Assembly: GCA_000091205.1 (NCBI GenBank)
Contig: AP006495.2
Source: Cyanidioschyzon merolae
Lineage: Eukaryota
Direction: 5' to 3' (one strand)
Length of the DNA stretch: 64,000 bases
In this document: positions 51,992-63,251 of the stretch, piece by piece
Layout of the letters: each line of letters opens with the position of its first letter
How positions within the stretch are numbered: the first letter of the stretch is position 1
Program-made: the position numbers and the translations under genes
Notes under the pieces: model-generated
What the model saw: the letters and a program-made list of their open reading frames with translations, nothing else
Database searches by the model: none
Told to the model about the DNA's origin: nothing

Positions 51992-54576
51992 AGCACCGGG
52001 TGGCCCAATGAGTACGTTTCGTTTTCTTCTCGCTGGTGTGAGCACGAACTCGGGTATGGAAGGTCACAGACGCAACCACGATCAGCGGAATCAGAAGTAG
52101 ATGTCGATTCTGTTGTACTGAATTCACAAAAGGTCTTTCGGGATCTCTGGTAAAGCATATTGTGTTCTATATCCCTTTTTAAAGCTTGAATTCCTGGTTG
52201 ACATGCACGCCCCGCTGGTGAGTGAGTCTAGAACGCACCCATTCGGAGCCAAGAACCGTTCGTGCGCGTACGCGCACCCTTAACGTCCATGTCAGCATAA
52301 AACGGGACGGGTTCTCTGAATACAACGCACACCAGAGGTTCGGGTCCGTTTCCAATGCGATCGACGCTAGCGTTTACCGGCTTTCTCGGCGGCTGCTTCC
52401 TCTGATGCGCTGTTATCTCCGACTTTACCCATGCCGGTCTCAGCTTTTGCTCCAGCTCCGATATAACCAGTCGATGGATCATGAGACCAGCGTTCAAGTT
52501 CTGGTTTCGCAGTTTCCGGGTGTTGTCGACGCATTGCACGCACAGGAGGTCGTTTCGATCTGCGCTTCACTTGCCTTGTTCATCTTCTTGATATACACAA
52601 CACCGCTGCCGCCGTTGGCAGCGTTCACACTTGGTCGGAGTCACGTGTTCTCGTATGTCTAAAACACATTCTCTTCCGAACGCTGCGCTACGACGCGTGA
52701 GGACCTCTTTCATCGCTCGGTACACAGCCATGGCGGTGGCGGAAAGCTCCCAACCGTGGCCTCCGCGGTTTCCGTGGCCAGTGCCCTATCATATGATCAG
52801 GGGCTTCTCAAGAGCGATCTGCTCTGTGGGTACTGTACCAGCGGCATACACAAAGGCACGCTGTTCCATTCGATAGAGGATTTGTGGAACACGACGTTGT
52901 TCATGATGAAACAAGTAGCGGAAGAAAATCTACGCTGGCGATACACCCAAAAAAACTTCCATTAGTCTATGCTCCCGTAACGTAAACCGCTTCCGCACGC
53001 TCCACTGATTGTGGTTGCTGTGATGACTCCATTCCGAGTCCAAGCGCTTTTTCCTTAATAAACAGGATAGGCAGGAGCGTCCTGGAGAATCTCCCGTGAG
53101 AGGCATCTTGCTGCTTTGGAATCCATCATCGTCAGTGGCAAGAAACGCCGTGATCTTTTGACATCCGAACAGAGTCGATTACTGGATTTCACAATTTCAT
53201 TCGATTTTTCGGGGCGAACTTGTGAGCAAGTCGCCAAAAGACGTCGTGGAGCGTTGTTCCCCGTCCATCCAGCGAAGCGAGTCGGTACGCCGCGAGTCGC
53301 GTTGAAACGCACAGATCGATGACTTGAAGCACATGTGATTCGCGCATGCTGTACGGAAGGAAAAGCGATGAACGGAAGCGTGCACATATGCACTGGATAA
53401 TGACATCAGTTATGTTACGAACCCATCTTCGATCATGTCGCAAATCGTCTTGAATCCGATGACACAACGAACTCCGGTAGCAAAACGTCAGATAAACCAA
53501 TCCGAAACGACGACGACCGAGAATCCTAGATCTACGGATGAAACCGTACGCCCAGATTGCCGCACGTGGAATATTGAGCCTGTGTATCGATAAACGTTCG
53601 ATAAGAAAACCTCGAAGCGGTAACAGAACGAACATTTCAATGTTCTATTCCAATCTGACAAGCGTGCAGCCGCGCCAGAGTCTCCGACCCCTGGACTCAA
53701 CACGCACAGACGCGTGTCTCCGCGGTACAACGGTCGCAGTTGCGTTCGGGCCCGCGCATACCACCCGCAAAGCTGCGCAATCATGAGCAACACCGCTGTC
53801 CCTGTGCGAGCGTCGCTGCAGAACCCAGAGCACGCCTGCTGAACGCACCGATGCGTGTCTGTCGGCGTGCTGCAGACCCCGCGATCCAGCGCATGCCGTA
53901 CGCACCCAGCTGATCCCAGCATACATGGATTCGAGACGCTACGGCTGCAAGCGTTCGCGCTTCTATACGTCGGCAACGCGCCCGCGCCTGGTACGCACTG
54001 CATCGTCGGAGATGCGTACTGGGCAACCCTACATCCGGCTTCCATGCTCGATGCCGCTGCCACCGCCGCCGCCACCATCGCGCTCCTGCACGTACCTGGA
54101 TGAGGGCGTCGCGTGGCGGGGCGCATTGCGAGCCTCGTAGGCACCAGCACGGGCGCTGATGCGGCGCTCCGTGCGTGCTCGTATGGGCGTGCGCGGCACG
54201 CATGCCATGCCATGCGTGCAACGGGACACGTGTCCGCTTCTACTGCGTTCCATGTGCGCTACACGCATCCCTTGCGTGTAGACGCCACCGACTCGCTGAA
54301 ACTTTCGCGGATACGCTTCATCGAGTCGTATTTTGAGGCAATTTCTTTCGCAGGAACTAGAGTTGTTTGACAGGTACGAGACTAGTTCAAGCGCAGACAC
54401 GCACAGCGCTCATGCCGTTTCTGACGCCTTGCTGAACACGGCTGCTATCCAGTGCCTGGTCTGCTGCTAAACGCGACGTCGAGTCGAGCACGTTCAGCGA
54501 GCGCGCACCAAACAGACACGCAACGCCTCAGCAAGAAGCGACGGAAAGCGCATCTATTTGGGTCAAGCAGCAGCCT

Positions 54577-56334
54577 TTAAACACGCGGCAATCGCGCTCG
54601 CTTCTCGCTGCGCCTGCCTTGCAAGTCGTTGCGCTGTCGCTCTAGGTCGGGAGCAGAGGCTGCGCGCTGCCCCAAGGCCTCGGCGTGCACACACTGCACG
54701 TGATGCGTTCGCTTCTGCGGAGGCACCGATGCTCCGCACACGATACAGGAACAACGACGCCGATCATCCTCGCGATAGAACAGCAGCGCGGGCGGCAGTT
54801 GGATGCGTTCGCTTTGCACCCACTCGGATGCAAGCAAACGAACAACGTACGCCCGGTAAGCGACCACATTGAACTCAAGCCAACCGGCACGCGGTATCGA
54901 CAAGAAATACCAGACATTCGGTACGACCAGTGGCGGTTGAGACGTGCCGCGCGGGGCTAGCGGAAATCCCAACCGTATCGAAACCGCCGCTGCTGTGCAA
55001 AACGGGGGCTCTGCACAGCTTCGCTGACCAAAGCCGGCCACAGTCAACGATAGATGACCGCTGGCATCCAGTTCCAGCGCCTCCAGCGCCGGTACTTGAT
55101 TCGCGTCAGCTATCATTCGACCATGCAACGGAATCCAATAGAGCGGCGTATCCGCGCAGCTGCTGTTGTGCTTGCTGGGCTCGCGCTTGCACGCACCATG
55201 CAAGGTGTGATCGAGCGTCAATCCAGGCGCATTGCCGTTTCCGTTCCAAACACAGACATCCACGCTCGGGCGCGACTGCCTCGGGCGCTGCCGCCACCGC
55301 ACGCCAAGCGTCAGCTGCGGCCGCCAGAGGCGCACCCGCGCGTCCCCTGGCGGTAGCAATGCGAGCTCATCCAGTAGGAGCAGCATCACCATATCGGTTG
55401 GGGCGCGAATGACCAAATGCGCCGCATCATCCCGCGCCGTCCACGACGCGTTGACAATGACAAGCCGCGCGCCATCCTTCCGCAGACAGAGCGCTGGCAG
55501 CGTCGCCGCCGGTACCATCTGCAGACTCGAGCCCATGACCAGACACAAGCGCGCGTTTCGCGAGTCCTCGGTCGCGCCCATGAGATCCGCTTGCGGCAGC
55601 GGATCCTCCCAGTCGAGCAGCATATCGCGCGTCGATGCTCGCTGACCCCGCCATGCACAGTACACGCACTGGTGACCGGTTCGGCGACCGCCAACCGTGG
55701 GCACAACCACATCATTCAGGAAAATTTGACCACAGCGTTCACACTGTTCTGCGAAAATGTTCCCGTGCAGCTCAGAGAGACGATGACGAGCGAGTCCACT
55801 GCGCAGGTGCAAGCCGTCGATGTTTTGCGTGACAATGCGTCGCACCAAGCCGCGACGCACGAGTTCGGTGAGCGCCCAGTGGCTCCAGGTCGGCGCTGCA
55901 AGCTCTAGGCTGCAGTCTGGCGGCGGCGGCTGCGTCCGCGGGTCGATGACGTCCGCGCAACGCGCCCCGTCTCGAGTCAGAGGCTCGTGCTGCTGGGCCG
56001 CACCCGGAGCAACCCCAGGTCTCGAGCGTCCGTTTTTCGAGCGCGTCGCTTCGGACCAGACGCCGTGTGGTCCACGAAAGTCGCGCACCCCAGCTGCCGT
56101 GGATACACCCGCGCCCGTGTGGACAACAACGTCGCCGCACGCTGCGCGCAACCACTGGGCCAGCACTTGTACCTTTCGTTGCACGTCGAGCAGGCGATCC
56201 CAGTCGGGCGCGAGCCCGAGGCGTCCCTTGTTTTCATACGGGCGCAAACGTCCGGCGTAGTCGTGGGCCATGAAAACGCCGCCGCCTGTTTCAAGTACCA
56301 GGTTCTGGCCCCAGCTGAAACGATCCAGACGCAC
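54577..56334 (-). CDS. Class IV sirtuin (SIRT6/SIRT7-like NAD-dependent deacylase) with a C-terminal extension of about 300 aa
   Basis: VVHTGAGVSTAAGVRDFRGPHGVW, SELHGNIF, CERCG...CVYC zinc ribbon, LCLVMGSSLQMVPAATLP. The likely start is MAHDYAG (56271). Confidence 0.75.
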   Translation of the reverse strand: MRLDRFSWGQNLVLETGGGVFMAHDYAGRLRPYENKGRLGLAPDWDRLLDVQRKVQVLAQWLRAACGDVVVHTGAGVSTAAGVRDFRGPHGVWSEATRSKNGRSRPGVAPGAAQQHEPLTRDGARCADVIDPRTQPPPPDCSLELAAPTWSHWALTELVRRGLVRRIVTQNIDGLHLRSGLARHRLSELHGNIFAEQCERCGQIFLNDVVVPTVGGRRTGHQCVYCAWRGQRASTRDMLLDWEDPLPQADLMGATEDSRNARLCLVMGSSLQMVPAATLPALCLRKDGARLVIVNASWTARDDAAHLVIRAPTDMVMLLLLDELALLPPGDARVRLWRPQLTLGVRWRQRPRQSRPSVDVCVWNGNGNAPGLTLDHTLHGACKREPSKHNSSCADTPLYWIPLHGRMIADANQVPALEALELDASGHLSLTVAGFGQRSCAEPPFCTAAAVSIRLGFPLAPRGTSQPPLVVPNVWYFLSIPRAGWLEFNVVAYRAYVVRLLASEWVQSERIQLPPALLFYREDDRRRCSCIVCGASVPPQKRTHHVQCVHAEALGQRAASAPDLERQRNDLQGRRSEKRARLPRV

Positions 56335-56358
56335 GCAAGCACGACTTGCACCGGGGTT

Positions 56359-59300
56359 TTACTCTATCACGCGAACGTCCGACGAGAGGACTAGGGTCAG
56401 GGGGTTGCTTGCCCTGTCCAGCTCCGTGTCGCGCGCCCTATTCCAGCCTTGTCGAAAGTGAGCGAGCAACCCACAGAGAAACCGCTCGGCATCTCCTGGT
56501 GTAACAGGTTGTAACGCGTTCCCGCTCGTCAAGAGCGCATCCGGTGTGCCGGCCGCAGACGCAACCCGACTAGGAAACGTGCCAACGAGAAACAAGCGGT
56601 CCAGCGACGCGAGGCAAGGCACCAGCCGGTAGAGATCGCGGTCGCCAATGGCGGTGAAGTTCAGGACCAGGCACTGCAGCTGCGGCAACGGTAGGTGTCG
56701 ACGCGCACACGCTCGACCTTGCTGGAGGAGCTGCCGCGTGTCTTCCGGGAAGAGGCTCAAAAACGGCCGTCGAACTGCTGTAGATGAAAGGTCCAAGCTG
56801 TGCAGGCCGTGCAGGTGGTGAGCGATCACGTCTGCTGCGCGATCAGTGAGCTCCCACGCCATCATGAGGTTCAGTTCCCGCAGGCGACCGGGGACCGGCA
56901 GTGCTTGACAGAGCTGGGTAACGCTGCGATCCGTGAGCATAGGCCAGTGCGCGAGACGCAAGGTCTCTAAGGACGGTGCCCGTCGGGCAAGATGAAGTAC
57001 CAGGGCGACGCTTGGAGGGTTCTGCTCGGGCAGCCCAGATGCAGGTGCTGTATCGCGGGGCACGGACTCGTCGAGAAACGACACGAATGACCAGTCCAAG
57101 TGGCGCAGTCGGAGCGTTGGCAGGCGCTCCACCAGGGGGCCGTCCAGCGCCAGCGAACAACCGTGCGCAACAAAGACCTCGAGCCCCGGAAAACCGACAC
57201 CGTGCGAGTTGCACGCTTCTTGCAACACCGTCGTCGAGATGCGCAAACCGGGGTGCTCGGCAACGTTCAAAACTCGCAGAGGCAACCGCAGCAGATGTGC
57301 GAAGATTTCGGGGTGATGGAGACAACCGCTTCCGGGTGTCGCGCGAATATCGAGCTCTTCTAGCATCGGCGGGAGCGCACTGAGCATCAACTCGTTTGTC
57401 AGTGCCTGTGGGTTGAGTTCCGCGAGTCGCAGGACTCGCAAATGTGAGAGTGCCGGCGAGTGCAACGCATTCCCCAAGCCCGCAGCGGTAAGGCGCCAGC
57501 AGCCGCTGAGATCCAAGATGCGAACGGGGCTTCGTTGCAAATGCAGGCGACAGATGAGCTGCTCCACACGTTGCACCAGGTTCAGGAGGACGTCGTCGCT
57601 TATCAGGTCGCAGCTGCCGCTAAGATCCAGCACTCGCCAAAGTGCTGGGGTGTCCTCAACGACCGCACGCCAGGTGCGGCTCACTTGACGGAGGCGGAGC
57701 AGCTCGGGAAACGACAAGTACGTGAACAAGTGCCGCAGGATATCGCGAGCGCTCGCCGCATCACCGAGCGCGTTGACCGGGTGCACACGAGCGCCCGGAC
57801 GAGCGCGCGGTACAACGAAGCTTGCCTCGTTGGACGACACCCCGTCGGTATGGGACGCTTTCCCAAGCAATTCCGGGAATGCCGAGGATGTTGTCTCGAG
57901 CGACATGCGGAAAGCAACCGGTTTGGCAACGTCCGCGCCAGCGATTCGCTGACGTTTGGGCGTTGGAGAGCAGGAGTCATCAGGGATCTTGTTCCATCTT
58001 TCGGCGGGTGTTAGCGGCGAAAGAGACGTCCGATGCTGTGCCGCCTCGGTCCAGGATAGCGCACGAGCTTGAAGATTCATAACAATCGAACTCAGCTCCT
58101 CGATGCATTCGTGAAAAGTCACCTCCGGATAGGCCGGCTGAATGAGTTCCCTCAAAAGTGGTTGATTCTCTGCCCAGTAGAGCGCCTGCAGAATCTGGGC
58201 AATGTGTTTGGCGTCCGATGCGGAAAGCACGCTGGCTTGGCAAAGCGATTGGGCAAGGACAGCGCCGAGCGAGAGACTGTCTCCGACGTGTGCCGCTGTG
58301 GGCGAACCGCATTCCTGGACTGTGCGATAGAGATTACAGAGTTCCAGCAGATACGCTCCGGTGCGCTGGATGTGAGCGTGATCGTGCGAACTCGTTTGGT
58401 GCTGGGCAGCGCGCCAGGCGAGCAAGAAGCCGTCCCATTCGGTTGGCCATGCGAACGAAAATCCCAGCACGTCGGCACACCAGAGTTCCACGTAGAAGAG
58501 GTCTCGCCACTCAAACTGTAGCGCAAAGAAGCGAGCGAGCTCCTCAGTGCCGGGGTTTGTCACCTCATTGTACTTAATGGCGAGCATGGTAGCACCTACA
58601 GCAAGCCAGTCGGTGCGTTGCAAGCGGTGTCGTCGAGATGTGGGGAAGCGAACAAAAGGTTCCCGCTGACTGGAGCAGATGATGTCGAAATAGCTCCACG
58701 CGAGGTGCAGCGTCCGGGGCGAGAGCGCATGTTCGTGGATGAATGCAGCCATGAGACATTTGCAACGCAGCAGGTCTGGCACACACGGCGCTGAGCTGAG
58801 ACGCGAATGCCCGCGAGGCACATGTCCATAAAAGGGCTGCACGGCGGTTTTGATGGAAGCAGAGAGCGCCGCAGCGTTCGGACGCTCCGACTGAGGCAAA
58901 CTCAGATGTTTCAGAAGGTTGAACGCGCGCTCCCAATGCTGCCAGGGTATCTTAGGATGACGCGTTACACCATCGCTCTTGGATGGCGTTGTCATTGCAG
59001 AGAGATTTTCTTTGGATTCGGCTGCGTACTCACATAGACGCTGAATCCGCTGCTGTTGTATGCGAAGGTGCGCCAGCGCTTCGCCACGACAGCATCCTGC
59101 ACTGAGACGATCACCAACAACTGCAAGATAGGGATGCTCCAGCGCCTCCATGGCGCTCAGACGCTTGGTCGGATTTGGATGCAGGAGGCGCCGCATCAAG
59201 TCGAGCCCATCAGAGCCGAAACACTTTTCAAAACGAGCCCGCAACGGACTGTTGGTGCTCAGGGCGGCTTCGATGCGCGGGACCTGCAGTCCATTGCCGA

Positions 59301-60735
59301 AATGCGGCAGCCTGCTGGCTTCTGGCTGGCTATGCCAGCCGTCATCTAGCGGGCCACCAACGGCCTCCGCGATAAGACGCAGCTGGTCCACTTCGCTTTG
59401 CCCACGAAATAGGGCCCGCTCATCCTCGTTGGCATCGTGCACATTGGCAACTTCCGCAATGACGCAGGCCGCAGCCCATAGATCAGCAGCCGCGCTGTAT
59501 CGACGGGATCCCAGGAGCAGTTCGGGTGCACGGTACCACAAAGTGGCTACGACCGGCGTTAGGGCTTCAAATGTGCTTCTGCTGCTGTTTCGATGAAGCG
59601 AATCGCCATCGCTGGCGTCTCCTGTCGGCTCATATACTTGAAGGGGCGCCTCGCGGCCGAGAGAGAAGTTGATGAGCGCAAATGTCTCGTGCACCGCGCA
59701 CGAGCAGGACTCGTGTTTCCCTGTCTGCATCGCGACAATATTCTGTGGGCGCACATCACGATGTACAAATCCCTGCGTATGACAAAACGCGAAAGCCAAT
59801 ACGAGATCAAAAGCGAAGAACCGTGTTCGCTCAAGGTCAAAGGACTGCTTGTACCAATCATAGCGAGCGTTAGCGTAGAAAAGCGTGAGCTTCACGCTTC
59901 CATTGGCTCGATCGAGTGATCGATGCTGCCTCGGCTCAAGAAGGAGGTATCCGCTTTTCTGTTGCAGGTGATAAGAAGGCACATCGAGTCGTACTTCGAT
60001 CAATGGGCACACAAAATGGTGAAACAGCGGAGTCTGAGCAGCCAACCAGAGCGCGATACCGGCTTCGCGAACTTGCTTGTAGCTTAGTCCGTACTCGTCA
60101 TCGTACGCGACCTGATACACATCATCGGTGCTCTCACCATCTGTGTTGTTCGGTGAAGGAGGCAGCGGAATATACACTTGACGAGTCATGAGTGTCGCAT
60201 CGGTTCGCGAACCCGAGGCGTATACATTTTGGACGTAAACCGGAAACGAGAAGCACCGTTGACGTTGTGAGACGCGCAAGAGCTCACCAAACCACACCCG
60301 TTGGATCATGTCCGCGTCTGAAGTCTGCGGTGCAGAGCGCGACGGGGAGCTGGGCGCTCGCTCACCTGGACCCCGTCGCCCAGTGAGCAGCCTTGCCCTT
60401 GTTCTCTCTTCTTCGTCGAAGGGGATTCCCGTTTCATGTTGTCCGTGGCTCAGGAGTGCATGGAAATTGGACGCACCGCTTTCCGCTGAGCTGTTCAAGC
60501 ACTCGAGCTCAGCGACTGTGCAGCACATTTCGCCGCGGCACTTGGGCACCATCCCGACGAACAACGAAAGCCCATGACACGACTGGTGACAGCGAGAATG
60601 CTCTTCGAAGCCGAGTTCAGAGAGAGCACGACACTGCGAGCTGCGACGCATCACTTGCAACAGACCAGGCGCCGCAACAGCACCACAGAGAAAGTGCGCT
60701 TCCGTAAGCGTCAAAAAAAAACAGAAGAACCGCAA
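56359..60735 (-). CDS. 1458-aa multidomain protein: CDK-like kinase domain (DFG replaced by NFS), then a cyclin-box-like domain, then F-box and leucine-rich repeats
   Basis: HRDVRPQNIV, TLWYRAPELLLGSRRYSAAADLWAAACVIAE, DQLRLIAEAVGGPLDDGW (kinase). LAWSYFDIICSSQREPFVRFPTSRRHRLQRTDWLAVGATMLAIKYNEV (cyclin-like). LFTYLSFPELLRLRQVSRTWRAVVEDTPALWRVLDLSG (F-box), followed by LRRs. It is a single uninterrupted ORF. Confidence 0.6.
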   Translation of the reverse strand: MRFFCFFLTLTEAHFLCGAVAAPGLLQVMRRSSQCRALSELGFEEHSRCHQSCHGLSLFVGMVPKCRGEMCCTVAELECLNSSAESGASNFHALLSHGQHETGIPFDEEERTRARLLTGRRGPGERAPSSPSRSAPQTSDADMIQRVWFGELLRVSQRQRCFSFPVYVQNVYASGSRTDATLMTRQVYIPLPPSPNNTDGESTDDVYQVAYDDEYGLSYKQVREAGIALWLAAQTPLFHHFVCPLIEVRLDVPSYHLQQKSGYLLLEPRQHRSLDRANGSVKLTLFYANARYDWYKQSFDLERTRFFAFDLVLAFAFCHTQGFVHRDVRPQNIVAMQTGKHESCSCAVHETFALINFSLGREAPLQVYEPTGDASDGDSLHRNSSRSTFEALTPVVATLWYRAPELLLGSRRYSAAADLWAAACVIAEVANVHDANEDERALFRGQSEVDQLRLIAEAVGGPLDDGWHSQPEASRLPHFGNGLQVPRIEAALSTNSPLRARFEKCFGSDGLDLMRRLLHPNPTKRLSAMEALEHPYLAVVGDRLSAGCCRGEALAHLRIQQQRIQRLCEYAAESKENLSAMTTPSKSDGVTRHPKIPWQHWERAFNLLKHLSLPQSERPNAAALSASIKTAVQPFYGHVPRGHSRLSSAPCVPDLLRCKCLMAAFIHEHALSPRTLHLAWSYFDIICSSQREPFVRFPTSRRHRLQRTDWLAVGATMLAIKYNEVTNPGTEELARFFALQFEWRDLFYVELWCADVLGFSFAWPTEWDGFLLAWRAAQHQTSSHDHAHIQRTGAYLLELCNLYRTVQECGSPTAAHVGDSLSLGAVLAQSLCQASVLSASDAKHIAQILQALYWAENQPLLRELIQPAYPEVTFHECIEELSSIVMNLQARALSWTEAAQHRTSLSPLTPAERWNKIPDDSCSPTPKRQRIAGADVAKPVAFRMSLETTSSAFPELLGKASHTDGVSSNEASFVVPRARPGARVHPVNALGDAASARDILRHLFTYLSFPELLRLRQVSRTWRAVVEDTPALWRVLDLSGSCDLISDDVLLNLVQRVEQLICRLHLQRSPVRILDLSGCWRLTAAGLGNALHSPALSHLRVLRLAELNPQALTNELMLSALPPMLEELDIRATPGSGCLHHPEIFAHLLRLPLRVLNVAEHPGLRISTTVLQEACNSHGVGFPGLEVFVAHGCSLALDGPLVERLPTLRLRHLDWSFVSFLDESVPRDTAPASGLPEQNPPSVALVLHLARRAPSLETLRLAHWPMLTDRSVTQLCQALPVPGRLRELNLMMAWELTDRAADVIAHHLHGLHSLDLSSTAVRRPFLSLFPEDTRQLLQQGRACARRHLPLPQLQCLVLNFTAIGDRDLYRLVPCLASLDRLFLVGTFPSRVASAAGTPDALLTSGNALQPVTPGDAERFLCGLLAHFRQGWNRARDTELDRASNPLTLVLSSDVRVIE

Positions 60736-61705
60736 ACCAAACCGGTACTAGCGACTCTAAGCGTTGCAGCGGGTCGCAGGCCGGGTGCCGTCGTTCACTC
60801 AAAAAACGAAACAACCCGAGTTGCCTCGCCTGCAGAAAGCGTCCAACGCAGTCCGTGGCGAGTTTCTGCTCCCCGTTAGCGCGAGAAGACTGCGCGGAGC
60901 ACGCCCTGCGGCATACAGCGCCTCGTGGCGTCGTCGATGCCGCGCCAAACACACACGCATGCGCCGGCGCGTCTGTGATGATCCTGCAGCGCCAGTTTCG
61001 ATTCTCGTGTGCTGGCATCCGATTCTTGCTGTTTTTCTGGAATGAAACAGCGTCGACGTTGCGCATGGATGCCAGATGGCTGAATGCGTATTGAAATAAA
61101 TGAAACCGCTCATTATTATTCACGTTACTTCCGAGTTCCATGACCAGTTCTCGGATGTAACTGTCGTTATATACTTTTTATCGTGTGCCGAGTTCGTGCT
61201 TGGAACACCTGCCGTAGCGCCTAAACCGCTGGTGCCGATGCATCATAACGTGTGACCTGTTTTGGCACGCAAATGAGAGCGTCAGCTCGAGATGTCCTTC
61301 ATCCGACACATGGGAACAGCGACAGCATGCTGGGGAACGAAGCAGCGAGCTCATTGGGGTATTGTGAGATCGATGGATCGAGTCCGAGAGCTGCGCACGT
61401 CTCGCTGCTGCTGTTGGTAACCGTGAGAGAGGTCACGAGTGCGCTGGTGCGGGAACCCTGGGTGTGTATGTTTCGCTCTTTACACGGATACCTCTGTGCA
61501 TGAAACCGGAACAAGGCCCAAGGGTGCGTTAGAGCTATCGATCATCACTGGGAAGTTCGCTACAATGCGCTCTCGATGCACATATCGGAATGAAATGGAA
61601 CTGGTTGACCAAACTAGGTCAGGTATGCACACGAAGGTCTGGGCGTGTGCCCGTGATGATCAAGACCAGGTTTAGCGTGCTTTTCGGCTCTCTTGACTCC
61701 GGATT

Positions 61706-62005
61706 TCAATATACTGGTCTCTGTCTTCTCTCCAGCTCCGTTGGCTGTAGTCGAAGGATGTTGATTGCAGCGTCAAGATCCCTAGGTCGCAGTATTCTGC
61801 AGCTGTCGAAGAATTCCATAGACAGACGGTCGGCGCGATCGACGCTTCGCTGCACTTTTTTCATCTTCTTTGTACGTCCCTGAGGGGTGCATCCACCGCA
61901 GCCGTGACAATTGACCATCGCCAGGTGTTTCCGTAAGCCTGCGAAACCGAACGCGCTGGGCGCTGCCCTGTGTCGCGTCGAGATTTGCTTCATCGCTCCA
62001 TCCAT
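61706..62005 (-). pseudogene. TnpB/Fanzor-like C-terminal fragment (zinc-finger remnant plus RuvC-III)
   Basis: VNCHGCGGCTP...FFDSCRILRPRDLDAAINILRLQPTELERRQRPVY*. The RDLDAAINILRL and CxxC spacing are characteristic of TnpB. Adjacent minus-strand ORFs (61782-62363, 62140-62829) may be frameshifted upstream parts. Confidence 0.5.
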
Positions 62006-63251
62006 GCCCTTGGCGGATCCGGAAGGCTCGCCTCAATACCCTCCTTTGCTTCCGCTTCCGATGCCGTAACCTTAAACCACGGGCTTTATCTGGGCGATCC
62101 CTCGGAGAAGAAGCCGTGCTCGGCGCATGCAAGCGAGCGCTATCCCACTCGGTGGTGACTCCATGGCGCGCAACGCCATCCATGATGGAATGAGCATCTG
62201 CAGGAATATCCAGGCTGGAAAAGCCGCCGGCAAGTCTCAGGTCGCCTACACTCCTTTGCGGCAAACCGGTGACGGTCGCTCCGCTGAAAGCGAGCCGGCG
62301 TGATGGCTGAGGCCCAAGCCGCTTCCCCGCAGAAGCAGACGATGCACGAGCCTCTGGAAGCATACCCCGTGTGCGGGATCATGCTGATGCCCATGCGGAT
62401 TCGTCGATGGCCCGAAAGCGAGGAGGAATTGTGTTTCGGGCAGAATCGTTTATTTGACGTCAGCTGCTCAGTGGATATGCGGGATGAGCTCGCGATCCAT
62501 TCGTCAAGAGACGACGTGGCGTTATTGGCTCGTAAATCCGGACGCGCCCACGAGTTTGCTTGCAACTGGATGATCGAAGCATCGGAGCGTGCTCCATTGG
62601 AGGAAAACGAGGGGATTGGAGGCTTCTCCATATGTACTGATGAATTAGCATCGGTTACGCTACGAGCCGTTGTTCGAGGCCGTCGCGAATGCTCTCCATT
62701 CCGCAAACGTAGCGAATTCTCGCGGCAAAGCGTCGCCCGAGCTACCCCCAGACGCACAACTGAGCACCCGAAAAGGACGGATGAAATCAAAAGTGCACAT
62801 TGCTGCACTTCGAATCTCGATGCTGGCATCTAAAAATCGCTCCGAAAAATCGAAAAGCAGGAATAGAGCAGGTACTGCAACGTTGCATTTTCATCTGGTA
62901 CTCGTGTAGAAACGGCAAATTTCCACTATGCACGCTTGGAACACTGCGCGCTGAAGTCATACGTACGTACGCGCGCCGCCCTATACGTCGGCTTTGGCAT
63001 ACAACTCGCGCTGACTACCTAGGCAGCCAGGTGGACGGTCTCGTGTGTGAAAGAGACCTCGCACCGGTTCCCAACGGCGTGCTTTTTTGTGCCCTCTGCA
63101 CGAGTGCAACAGCGTTGTCCGCTTCAACTCCCTGTGGGTACTTTGTCGCTCCCGACATAACGCTTGCAGGTACGAGCCACCGCAAGGGACCTGGAACGTG
63201 GACCGAGGTTCAGGCCCTACATTCAACAATCAACGAGGAAACCAATCAAAA

